A stretch of DNA of 64,000 nucleotides from Thermoanaerobaculia bacterium (lineage in GTDB: Bacteria > Acidobacteriota > Thermoanaerobaculia > UBA5066). Within the stretch, counting starts at the first letter, position 1, and the number at the start of each line of letters is the position of its first letter. The DNA lies in the NCBI GenBank assembly GCA_963719225.1, contig CAVRAY010000001.1, positions 736,001 through 800,000 on the forward strand, given 5' to 3'. Below the pieces are notes generated by a model. The model had not been told where the DNA came from and did no database searches. It saw only the letters and a program-made list of their open reading frames with translations. Shown here in pieces: positions 1 to 11,196 of the stretch. The position numbers and the translations under genes are program-made.

Positions 1-707
1 CCGCAGGGGTGGTTCTCGGCGGGATTCCCGCCCATGCACAGGACGACGTCGGCGTTCTTGATGTCGACCCATCCGTTCGTCATCGCTCCGCGCCCGAACG
101 TGGCGGCCAGACTGGCCACCGTGGGCCCGTGTCATACCCGGGCCTGGGTGTCCCGGTACGGCACGCCCCACGCGGAGGCGCTCTTCCAATAGAGGTAGTT
201 GAACTCGGTCGTGTCCGTGCATCCGCCGATCATCGCCATGCCGGGGTTACGGTTGACGACCTGCCCCTTCGCGTTCTTCTGGACGAAGTGCTTGTCGCGC
301 GTGTCCTTGACGTGCCGCGCGATCTTCGAGAACGCGTCGTCCCACGTGATGTCCTCCCAGTGGTCCGATCCGGCCTTCCGGATCTGCGGCGTCTTGAGGC
401 GCGTCGGGCTGTTGATGTCGTCCTTGACCGTCGCGCCCTTCGGACAGAGGGTGCCGCGGTTGATCGGATGGTCGGGATCGCCCTCCACGTGGACGACGGA
501 GGCCGTGGCGTTCTTGGCCTTGTCGCCCAGCGTGTGGATGATCAGACCGCACGAAACCGCGCAATATGGACACGTGCTGCGCGTTTCCGTCGTGCGCGAG
601 ATCTTGAACTCGCGCATCTCCGCCCGCGCCTCGTGGAGATCGAAGCCGAGAGCGAGACCGCCGCCCACGGTCCCGGCCTTAAGGAAAGTACGTCGGGTGA
701 AACCCAT
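1..707 (-). CDS. fdnG: Formate dehydrogenase-N/O alpha subunit, selenocysteine-containing (5' part; runs off the window)
   Basis: Tat signal TRRTFLK and 4Fe-4S motif CPYCAVSC...C. The UGA at 134-132 follows QARV and the frame continues HGPTVASLAATFGRGAMTNGWVDIKNAD, the conserved post-Sec FdnG sequence. RBS GAGGAGG precedes ATG 707. Confidence 0.95.
102..120 (-). promoter_or_regulatory. Bacterial SECIS hairpin
   Basis: mRNA GGUGGCCA-GUC-UGGCCGCC stem-loop begins 11 nt after the in-frame UGA, with G in the apical loop. Confidence 0.85.
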
Positions 708-972
708 CACGTCCTCCTCGTGCGTCCTGGCTACAGGACCGATAGCAGATCGCGTTTCGACGGCTCTGTCAAGAAATTGGAGGGAGCGTGTCCGCGCTCA
801 CGTTCCGCCGGCCATCCGGCGTATCACCGTCGAAGCTGAGGAGAAGCAGGGGTCGTCACGAGCGAGTCCGCTTATGCCCTTTCTACGCGCGATCTTTGAT
901 TCCCTTCACGCCGGACAGTTCGCCGCAATTCGCGCAGCAGAAGAACTGTCCGTCCTCACAAAGCGCCATGAC

Positions 973-1296
973 TCACTTCCACCTTCCGTCCCGCCAATAC
1001 CATCCGTTCCTGTGATGTCTCCAGATTCCCGGGACCCACGCGGCATGGGGATGAGGCCGCCGCTGCCAGCTCCCCGCCTGCCACGCGTAGGCACTGCCGC
1101 GCCAGACGTGATGGCCGCTGATCCAGACGTAGTCCGGACCGGGGGCCACGCCGAGGGCGACGTCGACCTCGGCGGGGGGCGGCGCGGTAGACGCGTAAAC
1201 CGTTCCCGGCGGCGGACCTTCGACACAGCCCGAGAGAAGCACGGCTGAAAGGCCCGTCGCCGCGAGGAGACACGACCCTGAAAGCATCTTTTTCAT
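973..1296 (-). CDS. YXWGXW/WXXGXW-repeat lipoprotein
   Basis: Lipobox LSGC; repeats YVWISGHHVW, YAWQAGSW, WVPGIW, WYWRDGRW. Confidence 0.85.
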   Translation of the reverse strand: MKKMLSGSCLLAATGLSAVLLSGCVEGPPPGTVYASTAPPPAEVDVALGVAPGPDYVWISGHHVWRGSAYAWQAGSWQRRPHPHAAWVPGIWRHHRNGWYWRDGRWK

Positions 1297-1341
1297 GATT
1301 CCCTCCCGTGTTGGAGGTGCATCGGCCGTGCCACCGTGCGG

Positions 1342-2109
1342 CTAGCGGGCGGCCCGTCGGGCCACGGCCACGAGCCGCGTTGCGCCGGTCCGGAAAGGGC
1401 GCCGATCGAAGTCTCCCCAGAGCTTTTCGATCTCGAGCCCGCAGGAGGCGAAGAAGCTCCGGATGTCCGCCGGGTCCCAGGCGCGCGCGGTGAAGGAGGC
1501 CTCGACGCCGCTCTCTTCACCCGAGAAGACACGGTCGCAATAGCGGTAGCGCGCGTGCCAGAGCTGGCGCGACCCGACGGGCCGCCACCTCTCGCTGATC
1601 GAGAGCACTCCTGTCGCATGGCGGACCCGGCGCGGCGGAGGCTCGCAGATCTCGCGACGTCGATAGAGGCCTTCCAGCACGAACCGCCCTTGCGCGGACA
1701 GCTGGCTCGCCACGGCGCGCAGGGCCCCGCGTCGGTCGGTGGTCGACGTCAGGTGACAGAAGGGATCGCTCGAGGCGACGATCAGGTCGAACCGCGCCGC
1801 GAATGCGGGGCGGCGCATGTCGGCGGCGACGAAGCGGGCCCGCGAGCGCGGCGGGAGATGTCGGACCGCGCTCCGGAGCATCTCCAGGGAGATGTCCGTC
1901 CCGAAAGTCGGAGCGTGGCGCGCGAGGGCGGACGTGATCCGGCCGAGGCCGGCGCCGAGGTCCAGGATCCGTCCTGGATCAAGATCCCGCGCGAGGCTTC
2001 GCCAGAAATCCAGCTGGCTTCTCGCGATCGATTCCTTCTCCTTTTCGTAGAAGGGGAGGATCGTCTCGTAGTACTTCCGGACCTCTGAAGCCGGCTCGTC
2101 GCGCGTCAC
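1342..2109 (-). CDS. Class I SAM-dependent methyltransferase
   Basis: Motif I ILDLGAGLGR plus DIS and ADMR motifs. Start placed at GTG 2109 to avoid overlap with the divergent gene. Confidence 0.8.
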   Translation of the reverse strand: MTRDEPASEVRKYYETILPFYEKEKESIARSQLDFWRSLARDLDPGRILDLGAGLGRITSALARHAPTFGTDISLEMLRSAVRHLPPRSRARFVAADMRRPAFAARFDLIVASSDPFCHLTSTTDRRGALRAVASQLSAQGRFVLEGLYRRREICEPPPRRVRHATGVLSISERWRPVGSRQLWHARYRYCDRVFSGEESGVEASFTARAWDPADIRSFFASCGLEIEKLWGDFDRRPFRTGATRLVAVARRAAR

Positions 2110-2131
2110 GTCGCCTGTATATTCCACTCCC

Positions 2132-3202
2132 ATGCCACGGTTGCTCTTCGTGACCGGCACGGCGCCCGACGTGCCCGAAGGCAGCGGCACCCACGTCGGC
2201 ATCTCGGTCCTGCGCGAAGCGCTCGAGGCGAGAGGGCACACGGTCGAGGTGCTCGCCCCCGCCCCGCACGGGCCGGTTTCTCTTCTCCGCCGGCTTCGCT
2301 TCAACGTGCGGGCTCGCAGAGCGGCCCTCCGGCTTCATCCCCGGCCGGACCTCATCGTCGGATTCGACCTGGACGGCTTCCTCCTCGCGGCCCGCGACGT
2401 CCGCCGGGTTGCCGCCATCAAGGGAGTCCTGGCCGACGAGTCCGGGTACGAGCGGGGGCTGCCGCACGTCAGACTGACGGTCGAGTCGTTCCTCGAACGG
2501 CGCCACGTCCGGCGGGTCGACCGGATCGTGACGTCCAGCGCGTACTCCGCCGCGCGCATCGCCGAGGAATACGGCGTCGATGTGAATCGGATCACCGTCG
2601 TCCCGGAGGCGATCGACCTGGCGCGCTGGCGGCGTGCCTTCGAGGCGGCGCCGAAGCTGCCGCGCGGCGGGCCTTCGATCCTCTGCGTGGCGCACCTCTA
2701 CCCGAGAAAGAACGTGGAGACCTTGCTCGCCGCGATGACGCGGCTCTCGAACGACGCGGTCCTCCGCGTCGTCGGAACAGGTCCTGGTTTCGCGCGCCTC
2801 GAGCGTCTCTCCCGGAAGCTCGGCCTCGGAGAACGCGTCGAGCTTCTCGGCCACGTGGACTTCACCCGTCTCGCGGGGGAGTACCGGCGGGCGGACGTTT
2901 TCTGCCTTCCTTCGCGGCAGGAGGGCTTCGGGATCGTGTTCCTCGAGGCGATGGCCGCGGGGCTTCCGGTCGTCGCGGGGCGAGCCGCCGCGGTGCCCGA
3001 AGTGGTCATCGACGGGGAGAGCGGGATTCTCGTCGACCCCCGCAGCCCGGATGACCTCGCGGCGGCGCTCGATCGGCTGCTCTCCGATCCCGTAGAGAGG
3101 CGCCGGCTGGGCGAAGCCGGCCGCAAGCGGGTGACGCGTTTCGACGTCTCGCTCGTCGCGCAGTCCTTCCTCGAGGCCGTCGGACTCCCGGCCGCCTCGT
3201 AA
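2132..3202 (+). CDS. Glycosyltransferase family 4
   Basis: PSRQEGFGIVFLEAMAAG and RKNV motifs. Confidence 0.92.
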   Translation: MPRLLFVTGTAPDVPEGSGTHVGISVLREALEARGHTVEVLAPAPHGPVSLLRRLRFNVRARRAALRLHPRPDLIVGFDLDGFLLAARDVRRVAAIKGVLADESGYERGLPHVRLTVESFLERRHVRRVDRIVTSSAYSAARIAEEYGVDVNRITVVPEAIDLARWRRAFEAAPKLPRGGPSILCVAHLYPRKNVETLLAAMTRLSNDAVLRVVGTGPGFARLERLSRKLGLGERVELLGHVDFTRLAGEYRRADVFCLPSRQEGFGIVFLEAMAAGLPVVAGRAAAVPEVVIDGESGILVDPRSPDDLAAALDRLLSDPVERRRLGEAGRKRVTRFDVSLVAQSFLEAVGLPAAS

Positions 3203-3265
3203 CGTCCTCTGGCATTCGAAATGCTCTCTGGAGGGATGGGGAAGGACCTACAACGGAGGAGCACC

Positions 3266-3757
3266 ATGAAGAGCCGCGCGGCCATCGGAAACCACCCCAT
3301 CCATCCCGCTCTCGTTCCGCTGCCGATCGGAGCGTTCTTTCTTCTGCTCGTCGGTGACGTCGCTCACGCTTCGACCGGGTCCGATTTCTGGTACCAGTTC
3401 GGTTTCGCGTGTCTGAGCGTGGGGATCCTGGCCGCCCTCGTGGCGGCCCTCTTCGGGTTCATCGACTATTTCAAGGTGAACATGAGCATGTCGGGATTCC
3501 GGATCGCAAGGATCCACATGATCCTGAACCTCACCGGCGTGGCGTTGTACGCCTTGAACTGGTACCTGAGACGCAACAACGGGGCTCTCCACACGGATCG
3601 CTGGACTCTCGTCTTCGGGCTCGAGGTGGTCACGTTCCTCGCCCTCGGCCTCTCCGGGTGGCTCGGAGGCAAGCTCGCTTTCGAGCACAAGGTCGGGGTC
3701 GTCGAGAAGGCGGATCCGGAGGCGACCGAAATCGGACGGCGCGAAGTGCCCGGCTGA
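3266..3757 (+). CDS. DUF2231-type membrane protein
   Basis: HPIHPALVPLPIG N-terminus, four TM helices, GWLGGKL motif; RBS GGAGGAG. Confidence 0.8.
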   Translation: MKSRAAIGNHPIHPALVPLPIGAFFLLLVGDVAHASTGSDFWYQFGFACLSVGILAALVAALFGFIDYFKVNMSMSGFRIARIHMILNLTGVALYALNWYLRRNNGALHTDRWTLVFGLEVVTFLALGLSGWLGGKLAFEHKVGVVEKADPEATEIGRREVPG

Positions 3758-3767
3758 AGGGGAACCC

Positions 3768-4630
<863 letters not shown>

Positions 4631-4634
<4 letters not shown>

Positions 4635-5698
4635 GCCGGAACCTGCTGCGTGATGCAGTGGAACGCTCCACCCCCTTCGAGGAGGTCGCGGGCCGGGATG
4701 GAGAGGGTCCGGCGCGACGGGAAGAGCTTCCCGACGCCGGCGCGGGCGGCCTCGTCGTTCGGGACGCCGTACGCGGGCACGACGATCGTCGTGTTAGCTA
4801 TATAAAAGTTTACATAGCTTGCCGGCATCGGATGTCCCGCGCCGTCCTCCACGATGCCGGGAGAGGGAACGGTCTCGACCCGGAGGCGCCGGCCGCGCGC
4901 GTCCTTGAAAGAGCGGAGCTTCGCCTCGACCGCGCGAAGCGCCTTCGCGTTCGGGTCGAAACGGCCGGCGGGGCGCATGCAAACGACGGCTCCCGGCGCC
5001 ACGAAGCGCGCGAGCGTGTCCACGTGGCCGTCCGTGTGGTCGTTGCAGAGGCCGTCGCCCAGCCAGAGGACCGTCTCGACCCCGAGCGCATCCCTGAGAC
5101 CCGCCTCGATCGACTCTTCCGTCATCGTGGGATTGCGGTTCGGATGCAGGAGGCACTGCCGCGTCGTCAGGCACGTCCCCTCGCCGTCCACGTCCACGGA
5201 GCCGCCTTCCAGGACCCAGGGGAAGCAAAAGGCGGGGAACTCCGCAGCCTTCGCAATGCGCGACGACACGCCGTCGTCGTGCGGCAGCACGTACTTGCCG
5301 CCCCAGCCGTTGAACCCGAACGAGACGCTCGCCCGCGTGCCGCCCTCGCCCGCGAGGAAGACCGGGGCCGTGTCGCGCAGCCAGATGTCGCCGAAAGGAA
5401 TGCGGTGAAAGCGCGCCCCGAGTCCCGCGAGAGCGGTCTTCGCGAGGGCCTCGTTCGCGTCGTCGGGGACGAGGACCTCGAGCCTCTCGCCGCGCGGATT
5501 GCCGGTCCGGGAATCGACGTCCGCGATCGCCGCGGCGAACTCGGAGAAGGCCGCGCGCACCTTGCCCAGAGCGTCACCCCAGAGGTCGCCATGGCTCGGC
5601 CACGCGAGCCAGACGGCTTCGTGCCGGTCCCATTCAGCGGGCTGCCGGAACCCCGCGGCGCGCGGAGTCGCCGCGGCGAGAGCCGTGTTCGTCGACAT
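4631..5698 (-). CDS. aguA: Agmatine deiminase
   Basis: PAEW, DIWLRD, EGG, DHTDGHVD, ASYVNF and GGAFHCITQQ motifs. Confidence 0.93.
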
Positions 5699-5701
5699 CG
5701 G

Positions 5702-6226
5702 CTACAGGTACCGCTCCTTCACGAGGCCCATGTGGTGCGCGAGGTGGCCCGCCGCGATCCACGCGAGTGCGCGCACCGTGAACGGGTATCCGCTCGCGAC
5801 GCCCTTTCGCGACCAGGCCGCGTCGGGCAGATTGCCAAAGAAAGTCGTCGTCGCCGTCCGGATCGACACGAACTCCTCGACGTGCTGCGCCCAGGGAACG
5901 TCGTCGGCCGCGGCCGCCGCCACCGCGATCTCCTGCTCGAAGCTCGGGAGCGGCGAATCGAAGCCGCGCGCGAACCAGAACGCCCGGAAGACGAAGAGCC
6001 GCTCGGCGTCGTTGACGTGGCCCAGGACCTCGCGGACGCTCCACTTGCCCGCCGCATAACGGTGGCGCGACTTCTCTTCCGTGATTCCCTCGAGGAACTC
6101 CCGCATCTCGTCTTTCTGCCTCTCGAGAGTCGTGCGGATGTCGCCCGGCGGGACCTTGTCGATGTACGTGGAGTAGTAGGCCACGGCCTCGTCCGCCGAG
6201 GGCTTCGTCGTTTGCGTGAGCGGCAT
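5702..6226 (-). CDS. DinB/YfiT family protein
   Basis: YAAGKWSVREVLGHVNDAER and GHLAHH metal-binding His pattern. Confidence 0.85.
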   Translation of the reverse strand: MPLTQTTKPSADEAVAYYSTYIDKVPPGDIRTTLERQKDEMREFLEGITEEKSRHRYAAGKWSVREVLGHVNDAERLFVFRAFWFARGFDSPLPSFEQEIAVAAAAADDVPWAQHVEEFVSIRTATTTFFGNLPDAAWSRKGVASGYPFTVRALAWIAAGHLAHHMGLVKERYL

Positions 6227-6266
6227 GTGCGACCTCTCCATCCGGCCGGGACGATAATCCGCCACC

Positions 6267-7955
6267 ATGTTCAAAGCATCAAGAGTTCTCCTTCCCGTTT
6301 TTCTCGCGGTCGCCGCGTTCGCGGTCGCGGCCCAGGACGCACCCGTCACCTCCGCCCAGAAGAGCGCGGGAAGCGCGATCACGCCCGAGCTGATCCGCGC
6401 GCACATCCGGTTCCTCGCATCGGACCTCCTCGAGGGGCGCGGCCCCGCGACGCGCGGCGACCAGCTGGCCGAGGCCTACCTCCAGGCTCAGATGGAAGGT
6501 CTCGGCCTCAAGCCCGGCGCGCCGGGCGGGGGCTGGATCCAGAAAGTCCCGCTCGTCGGCATCAAGCGCACTTCGTCGGAGCCCGCGGTTTTCAAGTCCG
6601 CCCGCGGGACGTTGAGCGGCAGGCTCGGCGAGGACTTCGTCGCGGTCTCCGGCGTCCAGAAGCCGGAGTCGAGGATCGACGGCGCGGAGGTCGTCTTCGT
6701 GGGCTACGGCATCGTCGCGCCCGAGTACCGCTGGGACGACTACAAGGACGCGGACCTGAAAGGCAAGGTCCTCCTCGTCATGAACAACGACCCCGAGGGG
6801 AGCCCGAAGGAGCCGGACCTCTTCGCGGGCAAGACGCGGCTCTGGTACGGGCGCTGGGACTACAAGTACCTCATGGCGGCACGGAAGGGCGCCGCCGGCG
6901 CGATCGTCATTCACACCACGCCGTCGGCGGGCTACGGCTGGCAGGTCGTCCAGACGTCGTGGGCGGGCGAGCAGTTCGAGCTTCCGGACGACGGCACGCC
7001 ACGCGTCGCCGCGAAGATGTGGGCGACCGAGGAGCTCGCGAAGAAGATCGTCGCACTCTCCGGGAAGGACCTCGACGCTCTTCGCGCCTCCGCGGAAAGC
7101 CGTACTTTCAAGCCCGTTCCCCTTGGCGTCACCATGTCCGTCACGCTCACGAGCGCGATCGGCCGCAAGGAGTCCGGCAACGTCATCGGCGTCCTTCCGG
7201 GGTCCGATCCGAAGCGCGCCGGCGAGGCCGTGATCTACACCGCGCACCACGACCATCTCGGGATTCGCGAGGGCGCACGCGCGGGCTCCGACGCGATCTA
7301 CAACGGGGCTCTCGACAACGCGTCGGGAGTGGCAGCGATCCTCTCCGTCGCGAAAGCGTTCGCGGGCCTCCCGGCGGCGCCCGCTCGTTCCACGTATTTC
7401 GCGTTCGTCGCGGGCGAGGAGCAGGGCCTTCTCGGCTCGGAGTTCCTCGCGAAACATCCGCCCGTTCCCGCCGGCCGGATCGCGGCCGACATCAACTTCG
7501 ACGGCATCGGCTGGTACGGGCGGACGCGTGACGTCGTCCTGATCGGCCTCGGCAAGTCCTCGCTCGACGCGGACGTGAAGTCGGTCGCGAAGATGCAGGA
7601 CCGGCGCGTGGAGGGCGATCAGTTCCCGGATCGCGGCACGTTCTACCGATCCGACCAGTTCAGCTTCGCGAAGGTCGGTGTTCCCGCCGCATATCTGAAG
7701 AAGGGAACGGACGTGATCGGAAAGCCGCCCGGCTTCGGGCGGGAGCAGGAAGAGCTCTACGAGAAGAACGACTACCACCAGCCGTCGGACGAGCTCCGGG
7801 ACACGTGGGATTTCTCCGGCGCGGTCGAGGACGCGAGGTTCGCCTTCTGGCTCGGATGCCGCGTGGCCGACGCGCCGGAGCTGCCGCGCTGGAACAAGGG
7901 AGACGAGTTCGAGGCCGCGAGGCTGAAGGCTCTGGCGGAAGCCGGCGGGCGCTAG
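6267..7955 (+). CDS. Exported M28 peptidase with PA domain
   Basis: Signal peptide; AHHDHLG, GALDNASG, GEEQGLLGS, RSDQF, YHQPSD. Confidence 0.93.
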   Translation: MFKASRVLLPVFLAVAAFAVAAQDAPVTSAQKSAGSAITPELIRAHIRFLASDLLEGRGPATRGDQLAEAYLQAQMEGLGLKPGAPGGGWIQKVPLVGIKRTSSEPAVFKSARGTLSGRLGEDFVAVSGVQKPESRIDGAEVVFVGYGIVAPEYRWDDYKDADLKGKVLLVMNNDPEGSPKEPDLFAGKTRLWYGRWDYKYLMAARKGAAGAIVIHTTPSAGYGWQVVQTSWAGEQFELPDDGTPRVAAKMWATEELAKKIVALSGKDLDALRASAESRTFKPVPLGVTMSVTLTSAIGRKESGNVIGVLPGSDPKRAGEAVIYTAHHDHLGIREGARAGSDAIYNGALDNASGVAAILSVAKAFAGLPAAPARSTYFAFVAGEEQGLLGSEFLAKHPPVPAGRIAADINFDGIGWYGRTRDVVLIGLGKSSLDADVKSVAKMQDRRVEGDQFPDRGTFYRSDQFSFAKVGVPAAYLKKGTDVIGKPPGFGREQEELYEKNDYHQPSDELRDTWDFSGAVEDARFAFWLGCRVADAPELPRWNKGDEFEAARLKALAEAGGR

Positions 7956-8032
7956 AGATGCCGGGATTACAATCCGCGCCGCCCGAGAGCGAACGAGAGG
8001 GAATCCGCACTTTTGACGAAAGGAAGCGAACG

Positions 8033-8515
8033 ATGAATACGCGCGAGTACTACAACGAGTGTTTCAAGGCCGAAGTCCCCAAGTTCCTCCGCGTCGTGAG
8101 AGCGGTGCCTCAGGACCAGGCCGCCTACCGGCCGCATCCCCGGTCGATGTCGGCGGGCGACCTCGTGTGGCTGCTCGCGAGCGAGCTCCGCGACGCGTGC
8201 GAGCTCGTCGACAAGGGCAGGGTGGAATTCGTCCAGAAACCCGCTCCCGCGCTGGCCGAGTCTCTCGCCGCGTACGAAAAGAACGCGGCGGCCCTCAAGC
8301 GGCGCCTCGCGAAGGTGAAGGACGCCGCGTGGAAGAAGAAGGCCGCATTTCTCGTGGACGGCAAGGTCGCGTGGGAAACGTCGCTCGGCGACATGCTGTG
8401 GGGCTTCCTCTTCGACGGCATCCACCACCGCGGCCAGCTCTCGACCTATCTCCGGCCCATGGGCGCGAAGGTGCCTTCGATCTACGGCCCTTCGGCGGAC
8501 GACCCGGGGATGTGA
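8033..8515 (+). CDS. DinB family protein
   Basis: C-terminal IHHRGQLSTYLRPMGAKVPSIYGP. Confidence 0.88.
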   Translation: MNTREYYNECFKAEVPKFLRVVRAVPQDQAAYRPHPRSMSAGDLVWLLASELRDACELVDKGRVEFVQKPAPALAESLAAYEKNAAALKRRLAKVKDAAWKKKAAFLVDGKVAWETSLGDMLWGFLFDGIHHRGQLSTYLRPMGAKVPSIYGPSADDPGM

Positions 8516-8567
8516 CCTGCGACACGGTGGCTGGTAATTCCGCGAAAGCCTTTGATAAGGTCGCGCC

Positions 8568-9092
8568 ATGAAGAGATTGAGTCTCGCGCTTCCGCTCCTT
8601 CTCCTGGCCGGTCTCGCAGCGGCGGCGGAGCTGCCTGCCGTCGGCGAGAAGGCACCCGCGCTCTCCCTCCCGAACCAGGAGGGCAAGGCGATGTCGCTCG
8701 CCGATGCGAAAGGGAAGTGGGTCGTCCTCTACTTCTACCCGAAGGACTTCACGTCCGGCTGCACCGTCGAAGCCCACAACTTTCAGCGCGACATCGCGAA
8801 GTACGAGAAGGCGAACGCCGTCATCCTGGGCGTGAGCCTCGACACCGTCGATTCGCACAAGGGCTTCTGCGCGAAGGAAGGACTGAGCTTCAAGCTGCTC
8901 GCCGACACCGAGGGAGCGGCCACGAAAGCCTACGGCTCCCTCGCGACCCACAACGAGAAGACGTACTCCGCGCGAAACACGTTCCTCATCGACCCTTCGG
9001 GCGTGATCCGGAAGGTCTACGTGAAGGTGAACCCGACGACGCACAGCGAGGACGTCCTGAAGGACCTCGCCGAGCTCCAGGCGGCGAAGTAG
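8568..9092 (+). CDS. bcp: Peroxiredoxin (BCP/PrxQ) with signal peptide
   Basis: YFYPKDFTSGCTVEA motif; N-terminal signal peptide. Confidence 0.88.
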   Translation: MKRLSLALPLLLLAGLAAAAELPAVGEKAPALSLPNQEGKAMSLADAKGKWVVLYFYPKDFTSGCTVEAHNFQRDIAKYEKANAVILGVSLDTVDSHKGFCAKEGLSFKLLADTEGAATKAYGSLATHNEKTYSARNTFLIDPSGVIRKVYVKVNPTTHSEDVLKDLAELQAAK

Positions 9093-9135
9093 CCGGCCCG
9101 TCGTAAGGTGGAGCCCTGGCGGCGCACTTCGGAAG

Positions 9136-10857
9136 GTGCGGCCGTCGACGGCGTCGTTCCTTTCTGCCTGCCTCATCGCGGCGCTCCTCGTTTCGGGCCA
9201 GGCTTTCGCTGCGACGAAGAGCGACGTGCTCGACGCGGCGGTCAAGGCCGCCGACCGCCTCCCGACGATCCGGGTGCCGAGGCGAACCTGGGAAGACGCG
9301 CCGTACCTGGTGGGAATCCTTCTCGTGGCGCGGCACCTCGATGAGCGGACGCCCGGCTCGGGGCAGCCCTGGATCGATCGCGCGAGCACCGTGATCGACG
9401 GTGGGGATTCGACCATCACGCACGGGGACTATGCCGGCTATTCACAGGCCGCCATGGACCTCTACCGGATCGCCTCTCCCATCGACGCTTCGAGAAGAGC
9501 GGCCCTCCTGGATGCCACGGAAGGGCCGATCGAGTTCGCAGCCCGGGCGCTCCGGGTCGGGCCTTCGAGCGGGCCCACGATTTCCTCCTGGTGGGTGGAG
9601 GGAGGTTTCGGCACGCGCTTCTGGGTCGACGATCTCTTCACCCTGCCGCCCTGGCTCGCGATGCGCGGATCGAGGCGCGAAGGACTTCCCGCCGATCCTT
9701 TCGCACGCGACCTCGCTTACGAGTGGATCGAGAGCTACCTCTACGACCACCGTCCACCGGCGGCCGACCCCGTTGCCGCCGCCGTGCCCTCACAACGCGA
9801 GCGCGCCGGGCCATTCCTCTGGAATCCCGGTCTCTCGCTCTTCCGACACGATCCCGGACTCGGCGCCGAACGCTACTGGGGGCGCGGCAACGGATGGGCG
9901 GCGTGGGGGCTCGCGCGCTCGGCCCGGTACCTCGACTCTTCCTACGGCGGCAGCCGGTACGCCGAGGTCGTCGACAGGACCGGAATCCGCGAAGTGCTCT
10001 CGCGTCTCGCGAGCGCGCTTGCCGCGCGCCGTTCGGACGACGGCGGCTGGCCGACGGATCTCGTCCACCCCGAGGCCTGTCCCGCGAGCGAGACGTCGGC
10101 GACGGGTCTCATCACGTACATGCTCGCGACCGGCGTCAACGAAGGGTGGCTGGATCGCACCGCCTTCACCCCGGTCGTCCTGAAGGCGTTTTCTCTTCTT
10201 CTCGGCCGGCTCGATGCGCGGGGCGATCTCGCGGGAATCCAGCCCCCCGGGACGGGTCCCGAGTGCCGAGTGACCGCATCGAACGACCCGTCGGTGGATG
10301 TCTCCTATGGAGTCGGCGCGTTCCTTCTCGCCGTCTCCGAGGTCCTGAAATTTCCGGATGCCGACCTCGAAGCCCTCGAAGACGCCGCGTTGTGTCCTGT
10401 CGATCGCGCGTTCGTCGCACCGACACGGCTCGTCGCGTCGGTCGACGCGTGTGACGGATCCGAGATCCTGCTGACTGACGACGGAGCGAGTTCCATCCGA
10501 AGACGTCCGGAGAAGGTTGGTCGGGGCGTCGTGGACGATGCGGCGTGCGTCCCGAGACGCGTCGCGGTCCCGCTCTGGACGGCGCTCGCCGGAGGGGAGA
10601 GTACGACTTTCATCCGGAGCTTCGACGGCTTCGTCGCGCTGGGAGGGAAGAACACGTCCCCGCGTTCGGCGTCGATGGTCGTCGAGGTCCGCCCCGCCGA
10701 CGGGACCTTCGGGGAGAGATTCACGCTCGCGCTGGACCCGGGCGGCGCGGCTTTCGAGACGCGGTTCGTTCCCGCCGGGTCGGAAGTGATCCTCTCGAAT
10801 GCTTCGGACGGCGGGGGGATCGTTCCGCTGAAATTGGACCTCGCGCGATCCCGCTAA
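9136..10857 (+). CDS. Exported GH88/GH105-like glycoside hydrolase with C-terminal extension
   Basis: WVDDLF, WGRGNGW, ETSAT and YGVGAFLLA motifs; signal peptide. Confidence 0.75.
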   Translation: MRPSTASFLSACLIAALLVSGQAFAATKSDVLDAAVKAADRLPTIRVPRRTWEDAPYLVGILLVARHLDERTPGSGQPWIDRASTVIDGGDSTITHGDYAGYSQAAMDLYRIASPIDASRRAALLDATEGPIEFAARALRVGPSSGPTISSWWVEGGFGTRFWVDDLFTLPPWLAMRGSRREGLPADPFARDLAYEWIESYLYDHRPPAADPVAAAVPSQRERAGPFLWNPGLSLFRHDPGLGAERYWGRGNGWAAWGLARSARYLDSSYGGSRYAEVVDRTGIREVLSRLASALAARRSDDGGWPTDLVHPEACPASETSATGLITYMLATGVNEGWLDRTAFTPVVLKAFSLLLGRLDARGDLAGIQPPGTGPECRVTASNDPSVDVSYGVGAFLLAVSEVLKFPDADLEALEDAALCPVDRAFVAPTRLVASVDACDGSEILLTDDGASSIRRRPEKVGRGVVDDAACVPRRVAVPLWTALAGGESTTFIRSFDGFVALGGKNTSPRSASMVVEVRPADGTFGERFTLALDPGGAAFETRFVPAGSEVILSNASDGGGIVPLKLDLARSR

Positions 10858-10872
10858 CCCAGCGCCCCGGCC

Positions 10873-11196
10873 TCACTCGTTTTCGACGAAAAGCCTGAGC
10901 CTCTCGAGCGCTTCGTCCCACTTTTGGGAGACATGGTCGAGATAGCGGCGCGCTTCCGCGATGCGGCGGGGCTCCAGCTCCCAGCGGCGCTCGCGTCCGA
11001 CGCGCGTCGCGCGGGCGAGGCCGGATCCGGCGAGGACCTCAAGGTGCTTCGTCACGGCTTGCCGCGTGACGCCGGAGCCCTTCGCGAGGTGCGTGATGCA
11101 AAGGGGACGACCTTTCGCCAGGCGTGCGACGAGCGAGAGGCGCAAATCGTCCCCCAGCGCCGCGAAGACGGGCGTGACGCTACGCCGCGCCGACAT
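10873..11196 (-). CDS. ArsR/SmtB family transcriptional regulator
   Basis: VFAALGD, TRQAVTKHLEVL, GRER, WDEALERL. Confidence 0.9.
   Translation of the reverse strand: MSARRSVTPVFAALGDDLRLSLVARLAKGRPLCITHLAKGSGVTRQAVTKHLEVLAGSGLARATRVGRERRWELEPRRIAEARRYLDHVSQKWDEALERLRLFVENE

Noticed and set aside
896-909. FNR/CRP-like site TTGAT-N4-TTCAC upstream of fdnG
   Set aside because: It has two mismatches, lies about 190 bp from the start, and has no clear associated promoter; too weak to call.
4794-4821. dif (XerCD) site
   Set aside because: It lacks the TAA-N6-TTA geometry and the XerD arm TTATGTTAAAT; kept only as an unexplained palindrome.
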